Below the pieces are notes generated by a model. That model was given only the letters and a program-made list of their open reading frames with translations, was not told where the DNA came from and did not search any database. Below are positions 38,146-48,659 of a stretch of DNA of 64,000 nucleotides, piece by piece. The translations under genes and the position numbers were made by a program. How positions within the stretch are numbered: position 1 is the stretch's first letter; each line of letters begins with the position of its first letter. Source of the stretch: Longimicrobiales bacterium (GTDB lineage Bacteria > Gemmatimonadota > Gemmatimonadetes > Longimicrobiales > Gaopeijiaceae); NCBI GenBank assembly GCA_965238005.1, contig OZ250165.1, positions 4,608,001 to 4,672,000 on the forward strand. Reading direction: 5' to 3'.

Positions 38146-39690
38146 CTACCGGGGCCAGGCCTGCATGTCCTCCGGCACGCGTCCTGCCACCGTAGAGTAG
38201 GTACGCCCGAACCGGTCGGTAGCCTCCACGCGCACCTCCCTCGCGTCCGGGGAAGCCGGCGCGTAGTACAGGTAGCGCGGGTAGGGGTTGACCCAGGGAC
38301 GCCGGGGCGGCAGCTCGTCACCCGAGTGGATCCGGAGGCTTACTGGGTCGAAGCCCACCCGTCGGGCCATCCGACCTCTTCGCTCGCCATCCTCATACCA
38401 GACCACCGTCCAGCCCTCGTCGGCATCCCATACGTTGGCCACCAGCTCCTGAGGCGCACTGGGATCCGCGCCCGGCAGATAGGCTCGCATCTGATGGTCG
38501 GCTCCGTGTCCCGTTGACTTGTAGCGCCAGATGACCTCCTCGCCCTCCACGTCGTAGACGCTGTACCCGTGGGGCGTGCCATCCCCGCAGATGGGCCCGC
38601 TCCACCACGCCCCGCACACCGTCCCGCTCACGTGCTCGTGGACGCCGTTGTGGTAGTTGTGGTCGTTCTCATGGGTGTGGCCACAGACGATGTGGGCGTC
38701 GAAGGGCTCCAACAGTCGGTACAGGCTCCCCCGATTGTTCACCGACACCGTGTTGCCTGGGCTGCGCGCGTCGCTCCGGATGTAACGCGTGCCCTGGACG
38801 GGGATGTGCAGGGCGACGATGACGGTCCGTCCCGCCTCCACCTCCGCCAGGTCTTCCTCCAGCCACCGGAGCTGGTCCTGCTGGACGTACCCGATGTAGC
38901 CGGTCCCATGATAGAACACGTTGTCCATCACCACATAGTGGACGGCGCCCCTATCGAAGGAATAGAAGCGGGGTCCGAATCGCTCCGAGAACGTCCTCGT
39001 AGACTCCTCGTCCACTCCACCCTCCAAGTCCAGGTCGTGGTTCCCGATGACCTGGAAAAAGGGGACCCCCATGCGCTGCACGCCCCGCTCATACTCGGGA
39101 TACAGGGACAGGTCGTCGTACATGATATCGCCGCAGGCGATGCCGAAGGTGTGTCGATCACCCAAAGAACGGATGGTGGCCTGGGCGTCTGGGACGCTCA
39201 GGGCGTGGAACTGCTCCATCTCCCACGCGTCCTGTGTCTGCGGGTCTGGAAGGAGAAGCATCGTATGGGAGTCGTCCGATCCATCGAGGCGCTCCAGCGC
39301 GAAGAGGGCGTCCATCTCGCCACGTCTGTCCGGCCGGATGGGGTGGTAGAAACGGGCCGTCCCGGTGGGGTTCAGGGGGATGCCGTGTCCAGACGGCAGG
39401 GAGCACGAGACGAACCGGCGATCCGTAGAGCTCACGAGCTCGAACCGACCATCACTCCCCGTCCGGACCACGCTCCGTCCGTCCGTGATTCCCACACGGC
39501 CAAGCCCCCTACCGGAGGCCATCACCCGTCCGCGAATCCGGACCGGATCGCGACTCCAGAGCGTCTGGACAAGCGGGGCGTACGGGTCCGCCAGGATCCG
39601 CTCGGGCGCGACGACCGCGGCGGCCGTGAGGCCGGCGGCGGAGGTGAGGAATGACCGGCGATCTAGAGCACGACTCTCGCGGCGTTGCAC
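38146..39690 (-). CDS. Tat-exported calcineurin-like metallophosphoesterase
   Basis: DRRSFL Tat motif; DPQ, GDIM, GNHD, HIP, GHTH, CGAWW; GTG start after AGGAGG. Confidence 0.9.
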   Translation of the reverse strand: MQRRESRALDRRSFLTSAAGLTAAAVVAPERILADPYAPLVQTLWSRDPVRIRGRVMASGRGLGRVGITDGRSVVRTGSDGRFELVSSTDRRFVSCSLPSGHGIPLNPTGTARFYHPIRPDRRGEMDALFALERLDGSDDSHTMLLLPDPQTQDAWEMEQFHALSVPDAQATIRSLGDRHTFGIACGDIMYDDLSLYPEYERGVQRMGVPFFQVIGNHDLDLEGGVDEESTRTFSERFGPRFYSFDRGAVHYVVMDNVFYHGTGYIGYVQQDQLRWLEEDLAEVEAGRTVIVALHIPVQGTRYIRSDARSPGNTVSVNNRGSLYRLLEPFDAHIVCGHTHENDHNYHNGVHEHVSGTVCGAWWSGPICGDGTPHGYSVYDVEGEEVIWRYKSTGHGADHQMRAYLPGADPSAPQELVANVWDADEGWTVVWYEDGERRGRMARRVGFDPVSLRIHSGDELPPRRPWVNPYPRYLYYAPASPDAREVRVEATDRFGRTYSTVAGRVPEDMQAWPR

Positions 39691-39769
39691 GGAATACCTC
39701 CTGTGATGTGTTGTGCCAGGATTCTGGCACACCGAAAGTGCATCCGCGAGAGGGCGCAGCCGCCCGGGC

Positions 39770-40249
39770 CTACCCCAACGGGTCCGGACACCCCTCCCGT
39801 TTCCGCGTATCGGAGATCTGCGTGACCTTCCACCCGTCCGCGTCGCGGAGCAGCTCGATGGAGTTGATCCCGCAGTGGCTGATCTCGCCGTCCCGGTAGA
39901 AGGTGTAGGGGGCCCAAACGGACGCCATGGTCCCGTCGACCTGGACTTCGACGTCGTAGATCCGCTCGTCCCAGCTCCCCTCCGACCCACCGATGGCTTC
40001 GATCCAGCCGTCCACGGTCTGGCCGCGGATCGTGGCCGGCCCGTTCCGGGAGTCGATGATCGCGAAGCGGGCCTCGGATGCCAACACGTCTCGCACCATC
40101 TGGGAGTTCGCCGTGCGCATCCCCTCGAAGACCTGATCCACCGCCGCCCTGACCTCGGCTTCCTGTCCCGCGAGGCCCGTCGCGGACGCCATGGTGAGCG
40201 CGATCGCGGCGATCAGTCTGCCCGTTCTACCCGACATCAACCTGCCCAT
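39770..40249 (-). CDS. Exported NTF2/SnoaL-like protein
   Basis: Signal peptide; WDERI, ASVWAPYTFY, SHCGINS, GWKVTQISDT. Confidence 0.85.
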   Translation of the reverse strand: MGRLMSGRTGRLIAAIALTMASATGLAGQEAEVRAAVDQVFEGMRTANSQMVRDVLASEARFAIIDSRNGPATIRGQTVDGWIEAIGGSEGSWDERIYDVEVQVDGTMASVWAPYTFYRDGEISHCGINSIELLRDADGWKVTQISDTRKREGCPDPLG

Positions 40250-40318
40250 TTCCCCTTCTCCGGTTCGTGTGGCGATGGAAAGCTCCTCAGAGCCGCCAGG
40301 TGAGCGTCAGGGCCCGCT

Positions 40319-41251
40319 TCAGTAGCTCAGGCATCGGGGCTCCTCGCCCCGAACCCAGGCCGCAAGCATCTGCCACTCCGGATCGTTCTGCGAGAACCAG
40401 CGCCGGCCACCGCCGTGGTAGTGATCCCCGCCCGCCTCGGGGGCCAGGGGGTGGGTGAGGAACCGGCTGTAGAGGGGGTACCCCGGCTCCACGTAGCGCT
40501 TGATCAGCTCGAAGTTCTGCCTCGATTCCTCGAGGTTCCAATAGGACCGGCCGTCCGTGATGGTCCGGGCGAAACCGCGACTGCCCGAGCTGTGGCAGTA
40601 CTTGCACTCCATGCGGCCCTCGCGCTTGTTCAGGAAGATCTGCTGCACGCAGCTCCGGAAGAACCCGAAGTCGAGGGGTGGCGGAGTCGTCTCGTCGGCG
40701 GCGAGGTCGGCGGGAGCTTCGCCGGTCCGTACCCAGGCCGCCATGGCCTGCCAGTCGGGGTCGCTCTGGGCCGCCCAGAACTTGCCACCCACGTGGAAGG
40801 GGTCCCCACCCGCGTCCACGGCGAGCGGCTTCCTCAGCAGCCGGCTCCGCTCGGGCTGGCCGGGCACGACCAACCGGGAGACGACCTCGAAGTTCCGCCG
40901 TGACTGCTCTTCCGACCAGAAGACCCCACCGTCCCCGGGCTCTTGGAGGGGCTGGAGCTTGAGGGGTGTCCCGGCGTGCACGTGGCAGGTGGCGCAGGGC
41001 GACATCCCTGGACCATGGCCACCCCGCGGCTTGATGAAGATCGGCTCGACGGTGGACCGGTACGACTCGAAGCTCAGAGCCGCCTGGCCCACGTACGAGT
41101 CGTGGTCCTCGTTCGAGGCCTGGCCCACGTAGGAGTCGTGGACGGCCCGGGCCGTCGCCTTTTCCACCGGCAGATGCAAGGCGAAGAGGCAGACGGCGGT
41201 GACCACGAATCCGGCCGCAGGGAGTCTCTGGATCAACGAGCTCTCGACCAT
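40319..41251 (-). CDS. Exported diheme c-type cytochrome made of two repeated domains
   Basis: CATCH and CKYCH; the two halves align with each other; signal-like N-terminus. Confidence 0.8.
   Translation of the reverse strand: MVESSLIQRLPAAGFVVTAVCLFALHLPVEKATARAVHDSYVGQASNEDHDSYVGQAALSFESYRSTVEPIFIKPRGGHGPGMSPCATCHVHAGTPLKLQPLQEPGDGGVFWSEEQSRRNFEVVSRLVVPGQPERSRLLRKPLAVDAGGDPFHVGGKFWAAQSDPDWQAMAAWVRTGEAPADLAADETTPPPLDFGFFRSCVQQIFLNKREGRMECKYCHSSGSRGFARTITDGRSYWNLEESRQNFELIKRYVEPGYPLYSRFLTHPLAPEAGGDHYHGGGRRWFSQNDPEWQMLAAWVRGEEPRCLSY
41082..41141. repeat. In-frame 36-bp-period duplication (HDSYVGQA x2)
   Basis: GCCTGGCCCACGTA(C/G)GAGTCGTGG at 41082 and 41118. Confidence 0.85.
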
Positions 41252-41271
41252 TGAAGCCTCCCTGGGGGCCC

Positions 41272-42342
41272 CTAGTCCCGGATCACCAATGTGTGGTTGC
41301 GCTTGGGCACCTGCCCCACCCGGATCCGGGCGACCTCTTTCAAAGCCTGGGTGTCGACGGCAGACACGTCGTTCGAGCCGGCGTTGGCCGAGTAGATGTA
41401 CCGGCCGTCGGGCGTCATGGTGAGCCAGTCCGGATGGTGTCCCACCTCGACCCCTCCGAGGTACTCGAGATCGGGGAGCGACCAGGCGTACACGTGGTTG
41501 TTGGGCTTGCTGGTGGACCAGAGCTGCGATCCGTCCGGCGAGACGGCCAAACCGTGAGCGGGAGAGCCCTGGAGCGCGTCGTTGTCCACCCGTGATATGG
41601 GGAGCTCCGGCTGCGGGATCTTCCTGACCAGCTTGCGCTGCTCGAAGTCAACCACATAGAAGCCGTGGTAGCTCGAGATCTGAACGAAGATCCGCTTCGT
41701 CGAGCCGTCGGGGTTCGTCTCGAAGGTCATGGGGCGCACGCCCCCGTCGAAGTGCACGGACCAGACAGGCTCGTCGGTCTCAGTATCGACGACGGTGAGC
41801 GTCCGGGCGCCGATCATCCCCGCCACCAGGTGCCTGCCGTCGGGGGTGACATAGACGTTGTGCACCCCACCCAGGGTCGGAATGCTCTTCACGACCCGTC
41901 CTGCCTCCAGGTCGATCACGTCCACGAAGGCGTCGCGCCCCGTGATGGCGACGTACATCTTCCGGCCGTCGGGGGTGATGGAGATGTTGTTGGGGCGACC
42001 CGTGAGGGGGATCTTCTTAGCCACCCGGAGCGTCTTCGTGGGGACCACGTCGAGGGTGTGGTCCACCTCGTTGCTGAAGTAGAGCGCACTCCCATCCGGA
42101 TGGGACGTGACTCCGTGGGGAATTGGAATGCCCAGGATCACGTCCACGACCTCGTTGGTGGCCGGGTCGATGAGGTGGACGTTGTCACCCGCCGCGTTGG
42201 TTTGGACGATGCGGACCGTCTGGCCCGCCGCCGGTGTCGCGAAGAACACAACGGCCAGGGAGACGATGGCCAGGAAGACGAGGGTCAGGCAGACGACGGC
42301 CGGCGAGGCCAGAAGAGCTCGCCGAAGGTGGGCGCTCGTCAT
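41272..42342 (-). CDS. Exported YVTN/YncE-type beta-propeller protein
   Basis: Repeats PHGV, PNNISITPDG, HNVYVTPDG, HGLAVSPDG, PDWLTMTPDG. Confidence 0.9.
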   Translation of the reverse strand: MTSAHLRRALLASPAVVCLTLVFLAIVSLAVVFFATPAAGQTVRIVQTNAAGDNVHLIDPATNEVVDVILGIPIPHGVTSHPDGSALYFSNEVDHTLDVVPTKTLRVAKKIPLTGRPNNISITPDGRKMYVAITGRDAFVDVIDLEAGRVVKSIPTLGGVHNVYVTPDGRHLVAGMIGARTLTVVDTETDEPVWSVHFDGGVRPMTFETNPDGSTKRIFVQISSYHGFYVVDFEQRKLVRKIPQPELPISRVDNDALQGSPAHGLAVSPDGSQLWSTSKPNNHVYAWSLPDLEYLGGVEVGHHPDWLTMTPDGRYIYSANAGSNDVSAVDTQALKEVARIRVGQVPKRNHTLVIRD

Positions 42343-42519
42343 GGTGACCCTCCCTTACCGCTCGGGAATCGTTCCTGCCCACAGGTGGGCTCGCGCCATT
42401 CGCACCGGCCTGAAGTCTTAGCCTCCTCAGAAGCAAAAGGCCAGCCTGAACCCGGCGCGAGCGACTTCGTGCGCGGGCACGCCCACACGCTTGTCAGCGC
42501 AGCCCGCGGCACCTCCCGT

Positions 42520-44130
42520 TCAGCGAGAAGCCGGCTGCACCAACACCTGCCCGTCCAGGTCACCAGGAGTCTCGATCCCCGCCAGCCACGCCAGAGTCGG
42601 CGCCACATCCACCGTGGCCGCTGCTTCCTGGGAGACCCCAGCTTCGACCCCGGCCCCCAGGAAGATGATCGGGACACTCCGGTCATAGTAATAGGGAGAC
42701 CCGTGGGTCGCCGCATCGCCACTCCACGACATGAAGTTGGGCCTGTGGCGGTAGTAGACCCCGTACCGGGCGGGGAGGCCTACGGCACGCTCTCTCGAGA
42801 GGGAGCGTGCGAAGAGAACGGCGAAGGAGTCGGGTCGAGCCTGGGCGTCCTCCACTTCGGCGAACGTGTAGGCTCTCTCGATGAAGGGGAGCGCCTCCAG
42901 GGCCGATTTCACCTCCCAGGCGAGAGCGTCACCTTGCGCACCACCATCCACGGCCCCGGCCACCGCGTGCCGGAATGCAGTAAGCTCCTCCCTGCCCAAC
43001 CGCCGGGCGTCCACGCCCCTCTCGGCCAGGTGCTCGGGAATCTCCAGCATCCCGTGGTCCGCCGACAAGACGGCCACCCAGCCCTCGGAGCCCACGGCTT
43101 CGTCCAATAGCTGGAAGAGCTCCGCGAGCACAGCGTCCAGGCGAAGCAGATTGTCCAACTGCTCCCGGCTGAGGGGACCGTACCGATGGCCCACACGGTC
43201 GGTCTGTGAGAACGACAAGCCCAGATAGTCCACGACCGACCGCTGGCCGATCTCGAGCTCCGTGATCGCCGCGTCGGCGAGACCCAGCACGGCTGCGTCC
43301 GGCAGCGGAGTTCCGGAGCGCCACCGGGCCAACGCCTCAGGGTCCGTCACGTCCACCACCTGGGAAGCCCGGTGGGGGAAGAAGGAGGGAACACCCCGCC
43401 GCTCGTAGGCGGAGGTGTCGGGACGGGTGAGATGCGCGGCCTCTTCGGGAACCCGACTCTCCCAAACGGTATCGGAGTAGATCCCGGGCATCACCTCTTC
43501 GTTGAAGCGACGAACCCACTCGGGATACTCGGAGTGGTAGAAGGTCGACGTGATAAACCCCGCCACGGGGTCGTCCATCCAATACACCTCCCCCGCGGCC
43601 TTGCCGGCTAATCCGATGGCCGACCGATCCTTGCGGGAGATTGAGACCACCCGGGCGTCCGGATTCGCGCGAGAAATCCAGTCGGGCAGACCCTCCCGAT
43701 ACATGTTGCCAGAAGAGCGGCCGGGCATCTCCGGGAAGCCGAGGATCCCGGCTTCGGGGTCGGCCATGGAGTACACCTCCCGCCACTCCCCGGCGCGGAG
43801 CTCCCACCACTCATTTCCCACGATGCCGTGCCGAGTGGGGTGAACGCCGGTGGCGAGCGTCGTATGTCCCGGGGCTGTGGAGGTCTTGGCGTGGTTGTGC
43901 GTGCCGTTGGAGAATCGATGCCCCTCGTCCAGCAACCGCCGGAAGCCTCCGGTGAAAAGAGATTCGTACCGGTCCAGCAGATCGGCCCGGAGCTGGTCTA
44001 CGGCGATCAGCACGACGAGGGTGGGACCATCGAGGGCGCTCTCCCCGGCGGCAGACTCTTCGGGGGCCCGACATCCGGGGAGCAGGACGGACCACAGAGC
44101 TATGGCGAGGAGACGACGAGTCGGTCGCAT
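42520..44130 (-). CDS. Alkaline phosphatase superfamily (PafA-like) lipoprotein
   Basis: AVDQLRAD, TAPGHTT (Thr nucleophile), KDRSAI, DRVGHRYGP, SADHG, THGSPYYYD. Confidence 0.92.
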   Translation of the reverse strand: MRPTRRLLAIALWSVLLPGCRAPEESAAGESALDGPTLVVLIAVDQLRADLLDRYESLFTGGFRRLLDEGHRFSNGTHNHAKTSTAPGHTTLATGVHPTRHGIVGNEWWELRAGEWREVYSMADPEAGILGFPEMPGRSSGNMYREGLPDWISRANPDARVVSISRKDRSAIGLAGKAAGEVYWMDDPVAGFITSTFYHSEYPEWVRRFNEEVMPGIYSDTVWESRVPEEAAHLTRPDTSAYERRGVPSFFPHRASQVVDVTDPEALARWRSGTPLPDAAVLGLADAAITELEIGQRSVVDYLGLSFSQTDRVGHRYGPLSREQLDNLLRLDAVLAELFQLLDEAVGSEGWVAVLSADHGMLEIPEHLAERGVDARRLGREELTAFRHAVAGAVDGGAQGDALAWEVKSALEALPFIERAYTFAEVEDAQARPDSFAVLFARSLSRERAVGLPARYGVYYRHRPNFMSWSGDAATHGSPYYYDRSVPIIFLGAGVEAGVSQEAAATVDVAPTLAWLAGIETPGDLDGQVLVQPASR

Positions 44131-44576
44131 CTCGACCTTTTCTTTGCCGGCACACGAGTCGTCCAGCCGGCGCCGTTGGCCAGACCGGATCCGAGAATCT
44201 AACGCCCCGTGGCCCTTGTGTGTCCCCCGTGGCGGCGAGAGCCGTTGCGGGGTTCTCCGTTCCTCACTCCGACCTGAGCGCCCCCACCCTGAAATCCCCC
44301 AACCCCCGATCTCGCCGCGGGGAGTCCAGCCCGTAGCCCAAATCCCAACTCCAAACTGGCCAAAACGCCGAGATCGGTGCTATTCTGTGTCCAAATTCCG
44401 GCTTTGGGTAAACTTTGATATTCGGAACCCTCGCCGGCGGGTGCTGGTCCACGGCATCTGTGGTGCGAGAGCTCTCGGCGGTTATATTCGGGTCACGCTC
44501 GTATCAGGCATTTCGAGCGGTGGAATAGGTATGCCCTGATGCTATGGAACCCTAAGCGGTAACGCGTGAGGCAAGA

Positions 44577-47111
44577 ATGAGAACAGTGAGTGCCGCGCTG
44601 GTAGCGCTTGGTATCCTGCTCGTGCTCGTGGGGCAGACGGCGGACGCCGGGGTCGCCCGGCACCAGGCCGTAACGCCGGCTATCGTAACGCCGGCTATGA
44701 GGATGGCCCCTGAGGCCCTCGTATCGGCAGCTACCATCGCTCCCGTGCTCATCCCCGAGAGGATTTTCCCGACTGCGGGCCACGGAGCCACGCCCGATGT
44801 CCCCCCCGAAGAGCTGACGGAGCTGATCCAGCGATATTGCGTGGCCTGCCACAACGATTTCCTGCTCACAGGGAACTTGTCGCTGACGGGGTTCGAGGTG
44901 GAGAAGGCCCCCGAGATGGCGGAGACCGCCGAGAGGATGATTCGGAAGCTCCGGGCGGGCATGATGCCGCCGCAGGGAATGCCGCGGCCGGGTGGCGACA
45001 CCCTCATGATCCTGGTGGAGGAGCTGGAGAGGCGTATCGACGAGGCGGCGGCGAGGAATCCGAACCCGGGCTGGAGAACCTTCCAGCGCCTCAACCGGGC
45101 CGAGTACGCCAGTGCCGTCCGGGATCTCCTGGGACTCGAGATCGATGTCGGCACCTTCCTCCCCCTCGACACCAAGAGCGCCAACTTCGACAATATCGCG
45201 GACGTCCAGATGCCGTCGGCCACGGTGATGGAGGGCTACCTGCGGGCGGCCAACCACATCAGCCGAATCGCGTTGGGGGACCCGGAGGCCGAGCCCAACT
45301 CGACGCGGTATCGGCTCCCGCGGACCGCGTCGCAGAAGGACCGGGTCGAGGGAGCCCCCTTCGGGACCCGCGGCGGTGTGTCTGTGATCCACAACTTCCC
45401 GGCCGACGGGAAATACGTCTTCCACATCCAGCCATACCCGGCGATAGAAGGCGAGGTCTTCGGACGGACTTTCGGGGAAGTGCAGATCGAAGTCTCCATC
45501 GACGGTGCCCGGGTTGCGCTCATGACCGTGGACCCGTGGATGCACGAGTCGGAGCCCAGCGGCCTGAACATGCGGACGGATTCCCTATACGTGCGGGCCG
45601 GCCCCAAGAGGGTCACTGCGGCTTTCCCGCGCCGGTTCGAGGGAGAGGTGGACGATCTGATCCGGCCCATCGACCACACCCTGGCCGACGGCCAGATCGG
45701 CATCGGCTACGGTGTCACGACGTTACCGCACCTGCAGCGGCTCACGATCCTCGGACCGTACGAGGTCACCGGCGTCTCGGACACGCCGACCCGACGCCGC
45801 GTCTTCAGCTGCCGTCCCACGTCACCGGACGAGGCCCGCCCCTGCGCCGAGAGCATCATCTCCCGCCTGGGCGCCCAAGCCTACCGCCGGCCCCTCGACG
45901 AGACCGACGTCAGAGGGCTCATGGGCTTCTACGATCGCGGCGCCGCCGACGGCGGCTTCGAGGGCGGCGTCCGCATGGCGCTCCAGGCCGTGCTGGCCAG
46001 CCCGCACTTCATCTTCCGGATGGAGGAGAGGCCGGACGGAGCGAATCCGGGTGAGGTCCACCCGATCAGCGACGTGGATCTGGCGTCCCGGCTGTCCTTC
46101 TTCATCTGGGGAGCCCCGCCGGATAAGGAGCTCATCGACCTGGCGGACCGTGGAGAGCTCTCGAACCCGGGTCAGTTGGAGCGTCAGGCCCGGCGGATGC
46201 TGGCCGATCCCCGCGCGCAGGAGGCTCTGGCCACGCGCTTCGGAGCACAGTGGCTCCGGCTCCAGGATCTGGACAAGATCCACCCGGATGCGCTGTCCTA
46301 CCCGTACTTCGACGACACGCTTGCCGAGTCCATGCGCCGCGAGACCGAGCTGCTTTTCTCGCATCTCATCCGCGAGGACAGGAGCGTCCTCGAGCTACTG
46401 ACCAGCGACTACACCTTCGTCAACGAGCGCCTCGCGCGGCACTACGGCATCCCGGGCGTCACAGGATCGACCTTCCAGAAGGTCTCCTATCCGGATGACA
46501 GGAGGCGGGGAATCCTGGGGCACGGCAGCATCCTCACCATGACTTCTCACGCCGCCCGGACGTCTCCGGTCATCCGGGGAAAGTGGGTGCTGGAGGTGCT
46601 GCTCGGCACTCCGCCACCACCGCCCCCGCCCGACGTCCCCGCGTTCGAACAGACGGAGGAAGCCGACGACGGACGCTTTCTCACGGTGCGCGAGCGCATG
46701 GAGCAGCACCGCTCGAACCCGGTGTGCATGGCGTGTCATCGGGTCATAGACCCCATCGGGCTGTCGCTCGAGAACTTCGACGTGACAGGGGCGTGGCGGA
46801 TACGGGACGAGGGGAATCCCGTCGATCCCGTAGGGGAGCTCTACGACGGGACCCCGTTGCGTGGTCCCGCCGACCTCAGGGCGGCCCTGCTGAGCCGTCC
46901 GGAGGTCTTCTACCGGATCTTCGCGACGAACCTCATGGCCTACGGGTTGGGCCGGCGGGTCGAGTACTACGACATGCCGACGGTTCGTGCGATCACGCGC
47001 GACGCCGCCGAGAACGGATACGGCTTCTCTTCGTTCGTCATAGGGGTCGTGAACAGCCCGGCCTTCCAGACGACTCGGGTGGATGAGGAGGCGACATCGG
47101 CCGGCCTATAA
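44577..47111 (+). CDS. DUF1592-family multidomain protein with two c-heme motifs
   Basis: YCVACH, KLRAGMMPP, QRLNRAEY, LASRLSFF, RTSPVIRGKWV, CMACH, DPIGLSLENFD. Confidence 0.92.
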   Translation: MRTVSAALVALGILLVLVGQTADAGVARHQAVTPAIVTPAMRMAPEALVSAATIAPVLIPERIFPTAGHGATPDVPPEELTELIQRYCVACHNDFLLTGNLSLTGFEVEKAPEMAETAERMIRKLRAGMMPPQGMPRPGGDTLMILVEELERRIDEAAARNPNPGWRTFQRLNRAEYASAVRDLLGLEIDVGTFLPLDTKSANFDNIADVQMPSATVMEGYLRAANHISRIALGDPEAEPNSTRYRLPRTASQKDRVEGAPFGTRGGVSVIHNFPADGKYVFHIQPYPAIEGEVFGRTFGEVQIEVSIDGARVALMTVDPWMHESEPSGLNMRTDSLYVRAGPKRVTAAFPRRFEGEVDDLIRPIDHTLADGQIGIGYGVTTLPHLQRLTILGPYEVTGVSDTPTRRRVFSCRPTSPDEARPCAESIISRLGAQAYRRPLDETDVRGLMGFYDRGAADGGFEGGVRMALQAVLASPHFIFRMEERPDGANPGEVHPISDVDLASRLSFFIWGAPPDKELIDLADRGELSNPGQLERQARRMLADPRAQEALATRFGAQWLRLQDLDKIHPDALSYPYFDDTLAESMRRETELLFSHLIREDRSVLELLTSDYTFVNERLARHYGIPGVTGSTFQKVSYPDDRRRGILGHGSILTMTSHAARTSPVIRGKWVLEVLLGTPPPPPPPDVPAFEQTEEADDGRFLTVRERMEQHRSNPVCMACHRVIDPIGLSLENFDVTGAWRIRDEGNPVDPVGELYDGTPLRGPADLRAALLSRPEVFYRIFATNLMAYGLGRRVEYYDMPTVRAITRDAAENGYGFSSFVIGVVNSPAFQTTRVDEEATSAGL

Positions 47112-47212
47112 GGCGGTCGAGCCGAACCACAGACCACAGTATGACGGCGCCGGCAAGGACCACGGAGTCAGTGACCCCTGCCTGAACCAGGAACCTCGAG
47201 CGAGGTCTGAAG

Positions 47213-48601
47213 ATGGAGTTCATCACCGGAAAACACATCTCACGGCGGACGATGCTGCGCGGCATGGGTGGAGCTCTCGGCCTTCCGCTTCTCGATGCAA
47301 TGATCCCGGCGAGACGGTTGTGGGCGTCGTCACCTGCGGCCGTAGCAGCCAACCGCACCCGCTTGGTTTGCATCGAGCAGGTGCACGGAGCCGCCGGCTG
47401 CAACGAGCTCGGCGCGTCCCTGAACCTGTGGGCGCCGAAAGCCACGGGGCGTGACTTCGACCTCTCGCCCACGAGCCTGCGCTCCCTCGAGCCCTTCCGG
47501 GATTACCTGACCATCGTCAGCGACTCGGACTCGAGGATGGCCGATGCCTTCTCCCCACAGGAGATCGGCGGAGACCACTTCCGGACGAGTGCAGTGTTCC
47601 TGACGCAGGCGCATCCGAAGCAGACCGAGGGGTCCGACGTCCACATCGGAACGTCCATAGACCAACTCTACGTTCAGCGCTTCGGCCAGGACACGCCGGT
47701 CCCCTCCGTGCAGCTCTCCATCGAGAACGTGGATCAGGCCGGCGGCTGCGCGTACGGCTACGCGTGCGCATACACCGACACCATCAGCTGGGCGTCCCCC
47801 GGCGAGCCGCTACCCATGGTGCGTGACCCCCGGGCGGTCTACGAGATGCTGTTCGGCGCCGGTGGGACGCCTGAGCAGCGCGCCAGACGCCGGCAGGCGG
47901 ATCGCAGCATCCTCGACTGGATGCTCGAGGAGATCTCGGCCCTCCAGCGGAAGCTGGGCCCGGCAGACCGGCATCGCCTCGACCTCTACACGGAGAACCT
48001 GCGGGAGTTGGAGCAGCGCATCCAGCGGATCGAGGCTCAGAACTCGAGCGGTGAGGAGAGGGAGATCCCGGAGGCCCCGGTCGGGGTTCCGGACGACTTC
48101 GCGGAGCACATGCGGCTGATGTTCGACCTTCAGGTAATGGCTTTCATGTCGGACACGACCCGCGTCTTCTCGCTGAAGATGGGGCGGGACGCGTCGCCCC
48201 GAGTCTATCCCGAGAGCGGCGTCTACAAGCCGTTCCACTCGGCATCGCACCACGGCGGTCAGGAGGACCGAGTGAGGGACTTCGCGGCGATCAACGCGTA
48301 CCACGTCTCCATGCTGCCGTACTTCCTGGAGAAGCTCCAGAACACCATGGAGGGCGATGCGAACCTCCTGGACAAGACGATGATCGTGTACGGGTCCGCC
48401 ATGGCCGACCCCAACATCCACAACCACATTCGCTGCCCCCTCTTCGTGGTGGGTGGAGCCAATGGCCAGCTGGAGGGCGGTCGCCACATCAAGGCGCCCA
48501 TGGCCACCCCCATGGCGAACGTCATGCTCGACATGCTGCACAAGCTCGGCGCGGATGACATCGAGGTGTTCGGAAACAGCACGGGCACCTTTTCCATCTG
48601 A
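47213..48601 (+). CDS. DUF1552 domain protein
   Basis: ISRRTMLRG..LPLLDAM, GYACAYTDTISW, HSASHH, LLDKTMIVYGS; follows DUF1592. Confidence 0.92.
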   Translation: MEFITGKHISRRTMLRGMGGALGLPLLDAMIPARRLWASSPAAVAANRTRLVCIEQVHGAAGCNELGASLNLWAPKATGRDFDLSPTSLRSLEPFRDYLTIVSDSDSRMADAFSPQEIGGDHFRTSAVFLTQAHPKQTEGSDVHIGTSIDQLYVQRFGQDTPVPSVQLSIENVDQAGGCAYGYACAYTDTISWASPGEPLPMVRDPRAVYEMLFGAGGTPEQRARRRQADRSILDWMLEEISALQRKLGPADRHRLDLYTENLRELEQRIQRIEAQNSSGEEREIPEAPVGVPDDFAEHMRLMFDLQVMAFMSDTTRVFSLKMGRDASPRVYPESGVYKPFHSASHHGGQEDRVRDFAAINAYHVSMLPYFLEKLQNTMEGDANLLDKTMIVYGSAMADPNIHNHIRCPLFVVGGANGQLEGGRHIKAPMATPMANVMLDMLHKLGADDIEVFGNSTGTFSI

Positions 48602-48659
48602 CGACGGGGTCCTGACACCAGGCACGACCGGACGCCCGGGGCGTCCGAGGGAGCACGAC

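Noticed and set aside
39712..39731. 8-bp perfect inverted repeat TGTGCCAG-N4-CTGGCACA upstream of the phosphoesterase
   Set aside because: It is a single occurrence; operator, hairpin and chance cannot be distinguished, and no PHO box is evident.
44452..44466. Sigma54 promoter CGGCATCTGTGGTGC upstream of DUF1592
   Set aside because: The GG/GC spacing fits, but several consensus positions mismatch; too weak in GC-rich DNA.
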